In this document: in pieces, positions 17,851 through 27,833 of the stretch
Position numbering within the stretch: the stretch's first letter is position 1
How the letters are laid out: each line of letters opens with the position of its first letter
Virus record (IMG/VR): IMGVR_UViG_3300033407_000012
Coordinates: 1-60,036 of that record
Length of the DNA: 60,036 nt
Origin: a virus
Lineage: Duplodnaviria > Caudoviricetes
Reading direction: 5' to 3' (one strand)
Program-made: the position numbers and the translations under genes
Notes under the pieces: generated by a model
Told to the model about the DNA's origin: nothing
Seen by the model: only the letters and a program-made list of their open reading frames with translations
The model's database searches: none

Positions 17851-18345
17851 ATGCACGATTCTAAGACTGCTCAAGATGCCTTTACTTCGCCAATGTTCTA
17901 CGTTTACGTGGCATCCATTGTTTTGGTGAACATGCTATTCAGCGTAGTGCCTATGATCCAATCGCCTATCGGAATGGTGTCGCCTGTGGCGGTCCTGGTA
18001 GGGTCAATTTTTGTGCTTCGAGACTACGCCCAACGGCAATCTGGTCACTACATTCTCCTCGCCATGGTGATCGGCGTTATTATCTCTTACATTATGGCAG
18101 ATCCCTATGTGGCTATGGCTTCTGCCCTCGCATTTGCTGCCAGCGAACTGATTGACTACATCGTCTATTCTGTCACGAAGAAACCGTTTTATCAACGGGT
18201 GGCCTATTCATCCTTTGTTTCTGCGCCAACAGACACGCTTATCTTCCTGCTGGTTATCAGCGCCTTCACTCCGGGAACTTTCTTTTTGATGGTTGCAGCT
18301 AAGCTCATTGCTGCTGCGGTCATCTGGAAGCTCCGCGTCGAATAG
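17851..18345 (+). CDS. yhhQ: VUT/YhhQ family preQ0/preQ1 transporter
   Basis: Multiple TM segments; LRD..Q, AS..AF..SEL.D, S.P.DT.IF. Confidence 0.8.
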   Translation: MHDSKTAQDAFTSPMFYVYVASIVLVNMLFSVVPMIQSPIGMVSPVAVLVGSIFVLRDYAQRQSGHYILLAMVIGVIISYIMADPYVAMASALAFAASELIDYIVYSVTKKPFYQRVAYSSFVSAPTDTLIFLLVISAFTPGTFFLMVAAKLIAAAVIWKLRVE

Positions 18346-18376
18346 CTCTGGCGGGACTATTCTTCGCGTTGAGAGG

Positions 18377-18407
18377 GGGCGGGTTTCTTCGTGTTACCCG
18401 CCCTTTT
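18377..18407 (+). terminator. Intrinsic terminator
   Basis: GGGCGGGT...ACCCGCCC followed by TTTT. Confidence 0.7.
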
Positions 18408-18463
18408 CGTTTGACACTGCATCGCGTTCGTGCTAACCTTAGGTGTTCAATGGGGAATATTTG

Positions 18464-18694
18464 ATGACCGAACGACGCGAATATGAAATGACCCAAGATG
18501 ATCTTGATGTGCTTTTAGCGGCTGCTAAGCCGTCACCACTTATCATGATGCAGTGTGGTCTAGCTCCGACACCGCAAGAATGTGCTAATGCTGCATGGGA
18601 TGCTTTAGGGCACAAGATGGGGTTTGTAGGTAGCACGGTTCTGGCTATCCCGGGCAAGAGCAACAGGTTCTTCACTGCGGAGCCTGTACTGTGA
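18464..18694 (+). CDS. Hypothetical phage protein
   Basis: QE.AN.AW..LG.KMGF...FFTAE; promoter TTGACA-N17-TAACCT at 18411. Confidence 0.7.
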   Translation: MTERREYEMTQDDLDVLLAAAKPSPLIMMQCGLAPTPQECANAAWDALGHKMGFVGSTVLAIPGKSNRFFTAEPVL

Positions 18695-19491
18695 TCGCCT
18701 CCCGGCTGCACAAGCTGGCTGAAAATGTTGATCCAAACACAGGGCAGTTTGGATCAGAAAACGAGACAGTTGCACTAATGATGCAATCGGCATCCTATGT
18801 TTTGGATCCAGCAGTCTTCGACCTGTTGAAGCGGGTTAACGTGAATGAAACCCTGAAAGCTATGATCGAGGGTGATTGTGTTCATCTTCCTCATCCACAG
18901 TGCGTATTTGAGTTTGAAGTTGACCCAGGAGCTCATGAATTTGTGTTGCTGAAGACTATTGCCACAGGGGTATTTAGCTGCCGGTACGCCATGATCGATA
19001 CCAAGACTTCCAACGCTATGGCTTTCGATCAGGAATATGCGGTTTTGGTGTCCGAATCCGGCTACTCATTCGTGTTCAGCAAGAGTCGTGAACTCCCCGG
19101 ATCTCCTGATAGGGAAATTCCGCAGCTGATCGCCAACATTACTTCTTTCGCGCTCACAACGGCTCTCGTGTTGACGAATTTGCGCGGAATTGAACGAAAA
19201 GTGGTGACGTGCGAGAAGCTGAATAAGGCCCGCACAAAGTCAGGCAAGCCCCCTGTGGCAAACCACACTATCCTTCGCATAGGGACCGTGTATCGCAGCG
19301 ATGGCACCGCCTGTCAGGCAGGTGAAAAGGGTACAAAGATCCCGCACGTGCGCCAAGGATACACTCGCCGACAGCATTACGGCAAGGGTAATGCAGAAAC
19401 CAAACTGATTTACATCCCGCCATGCCTTGTGAACTTTGACCCCGCCAGCGGCGAAGAAGCCCCTGTGTCAAGAAAAATCGTAACAATGTAG
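18691..19491 (+). CDS. Hypothetical phage protein
   Basis: LNKAR...GK.P; C-terminal H.R.GY.R.Q.YG...I.P..V. Confidence 0.7.
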   Translation: MIASRLHKLAENVDPNTGQFGSENETVALMMQSASYVLDPAVFDLLKRVNVNETLKAMIEGDCVHLPHPQCVFEFEVDPGAHEFVLLKTIATGVFSCRYAMIDTKTSNAMAFDQEYAVLVSESGYSFVFSKSRELPGSPDREIPQLIANITSFALTTALVLTNLRGIERKVVTCEKLNKARTKSGKPPVANHTILRIGTVYRSDGTACQAGEKGTKIPHVRQGYTRRQHYGKGNAETKLIYIPPCLVNFDPASGEEAPVSRKIVTM

Positions 19492-19506
19492 TTTGCGGAG
19501 TTTGCA

Positions 19507-19686
19507 GTGGCTAAGATAAGTCTTAAAGAGAAACTTGACGCAGCATGGCGCGGCCCCCTTCAAAGCTGCTTGCGTCGCACGTGCTGGGAGGAAAATATTT
19601 GGGGCGTTAAATCCTACGGTGGCAGTTTAGCCAAGCTGGACGACGTAGTTCTCAGACCTCCACTTCCGTGGGAGAAAGAAGAATAA
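19507..19686 (+). CDS. Hypothetical 59-aa protein (not in ORF track)
   Basis: GTG start after GGAG; TAATG-coupled to the exonuclease. Confidence 0.45.
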   Translation: MAKISLKEKLDAAWRGPLQSCLRRTCWEENIWGVKSYGGSLAKLDDVVLRPPLPWEKEE

Positions 19687-20726
19687 TGGGCAGGCTAACT
19701 AAACTAACAGAATTTATTGATCAAGCATGTTACGACGCTCAAGGAACTCCATCCCATGGAAGTTCTGGACCACGTCGGCATCTCGGTGCTTCGATTCTCG
19801 GCAAATCTTGTGAACGTGAGATTTGGTACTCGTATCGACATGTTTCCCCATCAAATTTCCCCGGAAGAATTATGAGGTTGTTTGACCGTGGTCACAGGGA
19901 GGAAGCTAGGTTTGTAGAATTTATGCAAATGACTGGCATGAAGATCCAAGAGTTTGATCCCGCCACTGTTGATCATCTCATGTATCATCCCGAATCTGAC
20001 AGTTACTTTAAGGTCACTGGTGAATTGAGGAAAGAACATTTCGGCGGCGGGTTAGTTGAGGAGCTTACCCCTGATACGTCAAACTACAGCAGCCATGTTC
20101 TTCGGGCACAACATGAATTTAAGGTTGTTTTGGACGCGCCTAAACAATTCCGCTTTGAATCTGTGGAAGGTCATGTTGGTGGTTCCCTTGACGGTGAAGC
20201 ATGGAACGTACCTTTTCTTGAGGAAGAGTTGGGCCTTCCATCCGATACTACGATCCTGACAGAGTTTAAGACACACGGCGTTGCCAGTTATGAAAAACTT
20301 GTGGCAGCAGATTCAGTTCGGATGGTTAAGCCAGAGCACTACACACAAATGGTCCTTTATATGGAACATAGGCGGTTGCCCGCTGCTCTGTATGCTGCTG
20401 TAAATAAGAATACAGATGACTTGTATTTTGAATTTATCAGCGCTGACCCTGAGCATGCTGCGGAAACGATGGACAAAGCTCGTCGCATTGTGTATGCTAA
20501 GACACCACCGAAGCGAATTAGCAGAAGTCCAAGTCACTTTACATGCAAATTCTGCGATCATAGGGATAAGTGCCATTTCGGTGCTCCTCTTACGAAAAAT
20601 TGCAGATCATGTGAATTTTCAGCTCCGGTAGCTGAAGGTAAATGGTATTGTGGAAAATGGAACGCAACTATCCCAGTAGAAGTCGAAGCTGTTGGGTGTG
20701 ATGGATGGAAACAAATCAATGACTAG
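19686..20726 (+). CDS. Cas4-like PD-(D/E)xK exonuclease
   Basis: LGAS..G..C.R, GSLDG, EFKT, Q...YM, C-terminal Cys cluster. Confidence 0.85.
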   Translation: MGRLTKLTEFIDQACYDAQGTPSHGSSGPRRHLGASILGKSCEREIWYSYRHVSPSNFPGRIMRLFDRGHREEARFVEFMQMTGMKIQEFDPATVDHLMYHPESDSYFKVTGELRKEHFGGGLVEELTPDTSNYSSHVLRAQHEFKVVLDAPKQFRFESVEGHVGGSLDGEAWNVPFLEEELGLPSDTTILTEFKTHGVASYEKLVAADSVRMVKPEHYTQMVLYMEHRRLPAALYAAVNKNTDDLYFEFISADPEHAAETMDKARRIVYAKTPPKRISRSPSHFTCKFCDHRDKCHFGAPLTKNCRSCEFSAPVAEGKWYCGKWNATIPVEVEAVGCDGWKQIND

Positions 20727-21009
20727 TTTTGAAATCAAAGCGAATGACCTAGATTTAGGCAAGCCTTGGCAGTTAGTGGTTCGCACTCACGATTTAGGCG
20801 GTACGGACTACAGACACATCTGTAATCTGACAGATGATGACGCAAAGCTCCTTGTCGGGAGTGGTGTTAGTTGGCTATACGGGGAACCGGATTGGGCTGC
20901 GCAACGAAAAAAGATAGAGAAACTTTCAATAGAGCGAGAAATTGAAATTCTCAAGGATCAACTGCTTAAGCTTGAGGAAGCACTCGGACCTGACGATGCT
21001 GTCGGGTAA
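20719..21009 (+). CDS. Hypothetical protein
   Basis: Coupled ORF. Confidence 0.55.
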   Translation: MTSFEIKANDLDLGKPWQLVVRTHDLGGTDYRHICNLTDDDAKLLVGSGVSWLYGEPDWAAQRKKIEKLSIEREIEILKDQLLKLEEALGPDDAVG

Positions 21010-21084
21010 GGCTCTTTTTCTTGTTTGTGTCGGGGTTGTCGTCTTTCTTTTCGTCCTAGCTATTGTCACAGGGGAGTCTTCACG

Positions 21085-21300
21085 ATGTCGAGGCAAACGA
21101 ACCAAGAAATTTGTGAAGCCTTCCGACGACGAATGACGACTGGTTTTCACATCCCGATAGGTTCTGAGATTAGTCGTGATCAAGCCTTGGCCTTGACTAA
21201 AGCTTGGCGAAATCAGTTGTGGAAAGATTTTCACGAGATCGAAAATCGTATGTGCCCTAAGCCACCAGCAAGACATCAAGTACAGGCTAAAGAAAATTGA
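21085..21300 (+). CDS. Hypothetical protein
   Basis: GGAG RBS; overlaps the helicase start. Confidence 0.55.
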   Translation: MSRQTNQEICEAFRRRMTTGFHIPIGSEISRDQALALTKAWRNQLWKDFHEIENRMCPKPPARHQVQAKEN

Positions 21301-24038
21301 GCTTCACTAAGTTTATAGCTCGCTTTTATCAGCAAGAAGCTCATGACGCTATAATGTGGCGGCTTATGAATGAGCTTGGCTGTCACCCGATTGCAGCCAT
21401 TCCAACAGGCTGCGGGAAAAGCCCCTTGCTCGGGATGTTGTGCAAGTCAATACTTGCATGGAAACCTACAGCAAGGATAATGGTTCTTGCTCATGTAAAA
21501 GAATTACTTGTTCAGGATTATAACGCCATTCAAATGGTGTGGCCACAGGCTCCTATGGCTGTTTATTCAGCCGGTCTTGACAGTAAGCGCGCTTACATGC
21601 CCATTACGGTGGCCGGTATTCAGTCAGCAGTAAAGAATATGGATGCTTTTGGTATTCAGCACTATCTCATGATAGATGAGTGCTTCTCCCCTGACACTGA
21701 GGTTTTGACTAACCGGGGGTTTGTTGCGTTTCCTGAACTCCTCACAACAGATTTGGTAGCTCAGTTTGATAAGGATACGAACGAGGTTTCATTTGTAACG
21801 CCGACTAAGTACGTGAGGCGGGAAGCCAATCCTGATGACTTCTATCATTTATACGCAAAAAACAGCATTGATATGATGGTTACTGGCGGTCATGATTTTA
21901 TGGTTAATAAAAAATCCACAGGTGAGAACCTGAAAAATCCTGTCAGAGACTTTGTTATTAACGGCTGGTACAATCAGGTGCAGTCCGGTTTTGCATCCGG
22001 AACTGACAACACCTTAACACCCCGTGAAAAGCTAGCTATAATGACACAGGCGGATGGCCACCTGCTTTGCGGCACGGCTAAAGTACCTTATTTATCTTTT
22101 TCGTTTTCCAAACAAAGAAAGATTGATGAGTTTGAGCTTTTGATGTCAGAAGGTAATTTTTCGTATACTGAAGTTTCTCCTAGCGGCAAGTCTAGCCCTA
22201 ATGCAAAAGCTAGTAGGAGATTTCTTGTTAGAATGCCTGAAGACCCTATAACAAAGCAGGTAGTTGATCATTTTGATTTGGCGAGCCTAAGTCACGCTAA
22301 GTGTGTATCTATTATAGAGTATATGAATATTTGGGACGGACATGTGGCGGCAAACACAGAAGATTATTATTTATACACTAACGGGTGTAAACGATCTGCT
22401 GATTTCTATCAAGCCGTGGCATGTTTAGCTGGGTATACCGCCGCCATTAATGCAGTTAAGGATGATCGCTCTGAGAATTTTAGTGACATGTACCGCCTTG
22501 CTATAAATAAAAAAATAAGGGGCAACGGTACACAATCTATTAAAAGGAAAAAAGTAAATTACTCTGGTGATGTTTACTGTGTTCAGGTTCCTAAGGGTAA
22601 TATCATAGTTAGGCGATCTGGTAGGGTAACTGTAACGGGTAACTGTCAATTGCTTTCCCCAGACGATGAAAGCAACTATCGCAAGCTCATTGATTTCCTC
22701 AAAAAGAAATACCCTAAACTGGTTGTGATCGGTTTGTCAGCTACTCCGTATCGAATGAAAAACGGACTGCTTACTGACGGCGACAATGCATTGTTTACAG
22801 ACATCGTTTACGACATTACTGGTCGTGAGGCGTTTATCACCCTCATTCGGATGGGCTTTCTCATTCGATTGAAATCAACGCCAACTCAGTTCCACTATGA
22901 TATTAGCGGTATTAAATCCTCAGGCGGTGACTTAAACAAGAAGCAACTTGAGGAGAGGATTAATACTGACGAACAAACTGCCGCCGCACTGGACGAGGCT
23001 TTGCGTCGTGGCGTAGACTGTGATCATTGGCTGGTATTTTGTTCCGGCATAAAACATATTGATTCTGTAGCGGCTTATCTCAATATGAAGAATCAACGTG
23101 TAACCTACGTTCACTCTAAAATGAAAAAAGAGGAACGAGACCAAAATATTGCGGACTTCAAGGCTGGCAAGTACCGAATGATTGTTTCGGATAATATCTT
23201 GCGCGTAGGTTTTGACAGCTGCATTGTTGATCACCTCGTTATCCTTTGCCCGACTAAATCAGCTCCTCGACATGTTCAAACTCTTGGTCGCGGTGTTCGT
23301 CCTTTTTACATGCCCGGTTTCGATTTGAACACTCAGGAAGGACGCTTGGCGTCGATAGCTGCCAGCCCCAAATTGTTCTGTTTAGTGTCTGACTTTGCCG
23401 GGAATATTGACAGACTTGGACCAATTAACGATCCACTGTTGCCCGGTTCGAAAAAGAAAAAAGGTGAGCTTCCTGTAAAAGTTTGTCCTAAGTGTGAAGA
23501 GCATAATTTCGTGTCGGCTAGGTTCTGTGCTAATCCTGATTGTGACTTTGAGTTCACGATCAATCACGCGGAAGGACCGAATATAGACAGGACAGCGGAT
23601 AGTGCTGAGCCTGTTGCTGAGGGAAGAACACCTGAGGAGAAGAAAAATAAGGACATGGCTTGGTATAGGGTCAATCGTGTCGAATATGATAAACTGGTTA
23701 CCGGGCTGGGTGAGATGACCATGCGAGTAGCCTATCACTGTGAGAGGAGTAAGAAGGCCAGTGAGTTGGTGACTATAGGATCCGAAACGGGGTGGATGCA
23801 CAGGCAGGCTGTTGCGTGGTGGAAAGATAGACTGCCCGACTTTCCTCCGCCACCAAATGTTGAGCAAGGATGCACGGCTACGCACCTATTACGTGTTCCA
23901 ACTCATATTTACATTGACAAAAATGATAAGTACCCTAAAATACGCAGAGTTTCGTATGACGGCAACCTTGAGCTCCCAACTATCCACACGCCAGAATCAA
24001 TCCTAGGGCAGAAAGCTGATAAACATGACCGAGTTTAA
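21297..24038 (+). CDS. SF2 (RadD/UvsW-like) DNA helicase with intein
   Basis: PTGCGKS, DE|CQ, SATPYR, QTLGRG.R, C-terminal Zn ribbon. Confidence 0.9.
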   Translation: MSFTKFIARFYQQEAHDAIMWRLMNELGCHPIAAIPTGCGKSPLLGMLCKSILAWKPTARIMVLAHVKELLVQDYNAIQMVWPQAPMAVYSAGLDSKRAYMPITVAGIQSAVKNMDAFGIQHYLMIDECFSPDTEVLTNRGFVAFPELLTTDLVAQFDKDTNEVSFVTPTKYVRREANPDDFYHLYAKNSIDMMVTGGHDFMVNKKSTGENLKNPVRDFVINGWYNQVQSGFASGTDNTLTPREKLAIMTQADGHLLCGTAKVPYLSFSFSKQRKIDEFELLMSEGNFSYTEVSPSGKSSPNAKASRRFLVRMPEDPITKQVVDHFDLASLSHAKCVSIIEYMNIWDGHVAANTEDYYLYTNGCKRSADFYQAVACLAGYTAAINAVKDDRSENFSDMYRLAINKKIRGNGTQSIKRKKVNYSGDVYCVQVPKGNIIVRRSGRVTVTGNCQLLSPDDESNYRKLIDFLKKKYPKLVVIGLSATPYRMKNGLLTDGDNALFTDIVYDITGREAFITLIRMGFLIRLKSTPTQFHYDISGIKSSGGDLNKKQLEERINTDEQTAAALDEALRRGVDCDHWLVFCSGIKHIDSVAAYLNMKNQRVTYVHSKMKKEERDQNIADFKAGKYRMIVSDNILRVGFDSCIVDHLVILCPTKSAPRHVQTLGRGVRPFYMPGFDLNTQEGRLASIAASPKLFCLVSDFAGNIDRLGPINDPLLPGSKKKKGELPVKVCPKCEEHNFVSARFCANPDCDFEFTINHAEGPNIDRTADSAEPVAEGRTPEEKKNKDMAWYRVNRVEYDKLVTGLGEMTMRVAYHCERSKKASELVTIGSETGWMHRQAVAWWKDRLPDFPPPPNVEQGCTATHLLRVPTHIYIDKNDKYPKIRRVSYDGNLELPTIHTPESILGQKADKHDRV
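21681..22643 (+). mobile_element. Intein (321 aa) in helicase motif II
   Basis: Starts CFSPDTEV; T.GH block B; ends VYC.QVP...TGN before Cys; LAGLIDADG-like ADG/WDG motifs. Confidence 0.9.
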
Positions 24039-24264
24039 AATGCGGAAAGACCAATTCACTCAGCAAGCGGCTGGCGATCTCGGCGCAAATATTTCCTCAT
24101 GGTTGAATGAGAACGGGGCAATCGGTCTTTTCCGCACCTGTGGCAACTGTGCTAGGCTTGGCGCTGATGATCGGACGTGTGAGGTCTTTGGCGCACAACC
24201 GCCCGTAAGCGTGGTGCTAGTTGGCTGCGACTCTCATGTTGACAAGGAAGAAGCACCGTTCTGA
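24025..24264 (+). CDS. Small Cys-rich protein
   Basis: C.NC...C...PP......GC...PF, typical downstream of such helicases. Confidence 0.65.
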   Translation: MTEFKMRKDQFTQQAAGDLGANISSWLNENGAIGLFRTCGNCARLGADDRTCEVFGAQPPVSVVLVGCDSHVDKEEAPF

Positions 24265-24291
24265 CCATCCATTAACAAACAGGATAAAAAT

Positions 24292-24972
24292 ATGTCGGAA
24301 ATTAAACATATTATGCTAGACCTAGAAACATGGGGAGTTCATCCCGGTTGCGACCTTCGCAGTATCGGGGCTGTGGTGTTTGACCCGGTTAAGGGGTGGA
24401 TTGAGGGTTACGATAAGGATGAGCCAGTTGGTCACCGTGTTATGTCGTTAGGCGACAAGTTCTATCGAGCAACGGAAAATCCATTCATCGAAGGACATGA
24501 GCAAGTGCGACCGGAAGGGCTACGTGCAGTTAAAGGGCACTACAAATATCCTCTGCATCGAAACCCTGAGACAGTCAAGTGGTGGGCTGATCAATCAGCG
24601 GAGGCACAAGCTGCATTTGAAAATCCGGTCTATTTACCGATGGCTCTCACGTCGTTCGGGCGGTGGCTGTCCGATATTGCAGGGCACGATAAGCCCATGA
24701 ATGAACCAATCCGAGATATTCGGATATGGGCCAATGATCCTCATTTTGATGTGTCGATTCTCGACGCCGCCTATCGAGCGTGCGGCTTGCCAGTTCCTTG
24801 GCATTACCGCACACCGCGATCCATGGCGACCATCGTTGATATCTCGGGCATGACGCGAGAGGATCGCGAAAAATTTCGTCACGGAACTGCACATCATGCA
24901 CTTGACGACGCCATCTCACAAGCCATGGTGGTTTGTGAGGCCTACAAACGTCTCGGCTTGACAAAACGCTAA
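24292..24972 (+). CDS. DEDDh 3'-5' exonuclease
   Basis: MLDLET, FD..IL, HHALDDA. Confidence 0.85.
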   Translation: MSEIKHIMLDLETWGVHPGCDLRSIGAVVFDPVKGWIEGYDKDEPVGHRVMSLGDKFYRATENPFIEGHEQVRPEGLRAVKGHYKYPLHRNPETVKWWADQSAEAQAAFENPVYLPMALTSFGRWLSDIAGHDKPMNEPIRDIRIWANDPHFDVSILDAAYRACGLPVPWHYRTPRSMATIVDISGMTREDREKFRHGTAHHALDDAISQAMVVCEAYKRLGLTKR

Positions 24973-24983
24973 GGACAGTAGCA

Positions 24984-25937
24984 ATGAGCAATCACGACAA
25001 CCCTAAGCACGGTTTGAAAAGTCGAACGATCAAGAAGTTCCTTTATGAGAAAGTCAACGACTGGCTCAAGACTATTGATGATGCCGATCTGCGGGACCGG
25101 TGCAAACGGGAAACTATCGTGACGGGTGGCTGCATCGCATCCATGCTTCTCGGCGAACGTGTAAACGACGTTGACATTTATTTCCGCACAAAAGAGACTG
25201 TCCGGGCTGTGGCGGACTACTACGTCAAGAAGTTCCTTGAAATCAAAAAAGTTCAAGGTGGTATCCAAGTCCCGCTTAAAGTGGAAGAGCTTAAAGATTT
25301 ACAGGGTCGGGATCGTATTCGTGTCAAGGTTCAGTCCGCAGGTATTGCCGGTTCGGAAGCTACCAAGGACTATAACTATTTCGAAAGTCGTCAAGAGGAT
25401 CAAGCTGGCGATTATGTTACCGAAGTCTATGAGTCCAAAGCACCTACTCTTGAGACCGGTGACAAGCCTGATTATTCCCCGTGTTTCATCAGCAGCAACG
25501 CTATCAGTCTCAAAGGTCAGGTTCAACTGATTCTCAGGTTCTACGGCAACCCGGAAGAGATTCACGGCAACTATGATTTCGTCCATTGCAAAAATTATTG
25601 GGAGTCTGCGGGCGACCAGTTGACTTTAAACGCAGATGCACTGGAAGCGCTGCTCAGCCGAACTCTCGTCTATCAGGGTTCTCAATACCCGATTTGCTCC
25701 ATTATCAGGGCCAGGAAGTTCATCGAACGCGGTTGGCGGATCAACGCTGGTCAGTATCTTAAAATGGCTATGCAGATCAGTGACCTCAACCTTACCGACT
25801 ACCTCGTTCTTGAGGAGCAGTTAACCGGAGTTGATGTCGCCTATTTCGCTGAGATCCTGACCAAGCTTCACGATCACAACCCTGAAAAGATTGATACCAC
25901 TTATTTGGTTGAGATCATCAATCGAATGTTTGATTAG
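24984..25937 (+). CDS. Nucleotidyltransferase-fold protein
   Basis: GGCIAS, D.DIYF, YDF.HC. Confidence 0.7.
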   Translation: MSNHDNPKHGLKSRTIKKFLYEKVNDWLKTIDDADLRDRCKRETIVTGGCIASMLLGERVNDVDIYFRTKETVRAVADYYVKKFLEIKKVQGGIQVPLKVEELKDLQGRDRIRVKVQSAGIAGSEATKDYNYFESRQEDQAGDYVTEVYESKAPTLETGDKPDYSPCFISSNAISLKGQVQLILRFYGNPEEIHGNYDFVHCKNYWESAGDQLTLNADALEALLSRTLVYQGSQYPICSIIRARKFIERGWRINAGQYLKMAMQISDLNLTDYLVLEEQLTGVDVAYFAEILTKLHDHNPEKIDTTYLVEIINRMFD

Positions 25938-26009
25938 TGCTTGACGCCGCTCTAGGTTAGTGCTATGTTTGTCATGAATGTAGTGCTAACCAACTAAAAG
26001 GCGATTACC

Positions 26010-26255
26010 ATGGGCCACAATATATATGGTCACGCAGGTGACTTCTTCAATCAACGTGCAAGCTCGTTACGGCGGGCTAGCGACCAAGCCTCGGCGTTAG
26101 GTTTGAGAGATCAAGCAAAACGATTGGCTGATGAGGCGGGATTAGTCTGCCAACTCTACGCTGAGTATTGTGATTTTGTGGACGGTGCAACGCAAAGGGC
26201 TGCACGTGCTGCTAAAGAAAGAGCACCACAGCCCGGTCCCGCGAGCAAGTCATGA
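26010..26255 (+). CDS. Hypothetical protein
   Basis: Promoter TTGACG-N17-TATGTT at 25941. Confidence 0.55.
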   Translation: MGHNIYGHAGDFFNQRASSLRRASDQASALGLRDQAKRLADEAGLVCQLYAEYCDFVDGATQRAARAAKERAPQPGPASKS

Positions 26256-26887
26256 GCTATCCAGTTTTCTTCTCTCGACTGATCGCCGCTGAACGGGCCA
26301 AGCAGGCAGGTTTGAGATCTTTCCGTACTTTCAGGCCGCTTGAAGGCGACAAGTCCTGCTGGACATTCAAAGGTATGAATGAGAACGCTATCACCGAATA
26401 CTGTGAACTTTACTGCGACGGTAAGGACTGGATACACCACTTCGAGCTTAGCAATGAGTCCAAGCCAGTGCTAGTAGTCACGTGCTTCAAGAGTGAATTG
26501 CCTTCCGACATACCGGATCTTTTTGTGATTGAGCCTGCCACTCCTGAGTTGTGGGCAAAAGAGCCTGACTACGCCACAAAAATGAGTGCCAAGCTTCGAA
26601 GTGCTACGCCTGTTGTTTCCGGCGTTGTTTCTGGTCGCTGGTCAAGCGCTGATGCCCAGCCCAATCTTAAGCCCGTAACTCAGCAAGTGAAACGACCTAC
26701 ACCGGTTGCCACAGGGGGTGATGCTCCGGGCCGTGCGGTGGGTGCTGTTGCGTTGTGTCGTCAATTTTTCCATGAAGTAGGGGGAGCTGATCGTGCGAAG
26801 TATAAACAGCTTTGCGAGGCGGCAGGAATTAACAAAAGCACGATGGGTGTCCAGTGGGGCAAAAATTTGAAGGCTTCACAAAACTAA
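26252..26887 (+). CDS. Hypothetical protein with possible C-terminal helical DNA-binding domain
   Basis: C..AGINKST..VQW C-terminus. Confidence 0.65.
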   Translation: MSYPVFFSRLIAAERAKQAGLRSFRTFRPLEGDKSCWTFKGMNENAITEYCELYCDGKDWIHHFELSNESKPVLVVTCFKSELPSDIPDLFVIEPATPELWAKEPDYATKMSAKLRSATPVVSGVVSGRWSSADAQPNLKPVTQQVKRPTPVATGGDAPGRAVGAVALCRQFFHEVGGADRAKYKQLCEAAGINKSTMGVQWGKNLKASQN

Positions 26888-26901
26888 ATTCGCCATAGTG
26901 C

Positions 26902-26930
26902 TTGACACTAATGCAGCACTGCATTAGCTT
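26902..26930 (+). promoter_or_regulatory. Promoter with internal inverted repeat
   Basis: TTGACA-N17-TAGCTT; CTAATGCAG-CA-CTGCATTAG at 26908-26927. Confidence 0.65.
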
Positions 26931-26999
26931 AATTGAGCGAATATACAGGGCAAACTAATTAGCCCGCTCGAATGATCAACAGGAACAGGGAATACCATC

Positions 27000-27716
27000 A
27001 TGACTGAAACAACTGCAATGCCGCTGCCGCAGGTATCGATCAAGGCTGAACGTCCGAAGCAGAATGGCCAGACCCGGCCGGAAGCCGGTTCGCGCACAGG
27101 ACTCGTTTGGGATTACGCCGATTACCTGATGGCACAGAACATGGCCGACAACGCCGAACACCGGGTGCCTCTCGTCGGCGAAGTCAAAGAGCTGTACATG
27201 AAGATCGATGGCGCTCAGGTCGCAACGTGCCAGACTCAGTACGGTCGGTGGGTCACTTTCCACGGCCTCCAGGAGGAAGTGAAGGCCAAGCGCGATGCGC
27301 TCAAGGGCCAGATGACCGAAGAACAACGTGCTGCCAAGGAAGAGAAAGAGCGCGTCAAAGCCGAAAAGGCTGCTGCTCGGGAAGAACGCACTCGGCTGCG
27401 CGAAGCCGCCAAGGAAGAACGCGAAGCTGCCAAGGAACGCAAGGCGGCTGAGAAGGCTGAAAAGGCCGAACTCAAGAAGGCGGCTGATCAGGAAAAGATC
27501 AAGAAGGCGGCTGAAAAAGCTGAAGAAACTCTTCGCAAGGCCCAGGAAAAGGCCGAAGCTGCACGGGCATCCATGGCCGAAGCAGAAGCTGCCGCGCAGG
27601 CAATTGCTGCTCGTGCAGCAGAAGGCACTGAAGCGGACGAAGCCTCTGAAGACGAGGAAGTTGATTTGGCTGCTCTCGCTGCTGCGGCTGCTGCCGCAGA
27701 CGAAAACGCCGCCTAA
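27000..27716 (+). CDS. Putative abundant DNA-binding protein with K/E/A coiled coil
   Basis: QNG.TRP..G...G.VW..AD...T..TQY..W head; strongly biased codons. Confidence 0.7.
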   Translation: MTETTAMPLPQVSIKAERPKQNGQTRPEAGSRTGLVWDYADYLMAQNMADNAEHRVPLVGEVKELYMKIDGAQVATCQTQYGRWVTFHGLQEEVKAKRDALKGQMTEEQRAAKEEKERVKAEKAAAREERTRLREAAKEEREAAKERKAAEKAEKAELKKAADQEKIKKAAEKAEETLRKAQEKAEAARASMAEAEAAAQAIAARAAEGTEADEASEDEEVDLAALAAAAAAADENAA

Positions 27717-27742
27717 TCTGGCTGCAATCTTTATTGATCTTG

Positions 27743-27774
27743 AAAGCGCGCTTGGTAACTCTTGCGCGCTTTTT
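27743..27774 (+). terminator. Intrinsic terminator
   Basis: AAAGCGCGC...GCGCGCTTTTT. Confidence 0.7.
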
Positions 27775-27833
27775 CGTTGACAAACCAAGGCCCTTAGCTC
27801 ATAGTGGGCGGGTTAACTAGGCGGCAATCCCAC

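Noticed and set aside
19686-20726. Cas4-like gene as part of CRISPR-Cas
   Set aside because: No cas1/cas2 or array; context is the ordinary phage ATPase-SSB-exonuclease-helicase block
26976-27788. 270-aa minus-strand ORF and other long antisense ORFs (e.g. 33376-34095, 51490-52137, 54523-55158)
   Set aside because: Shadows of codon-biased genes on the opposite strand, with no recognisable motifs
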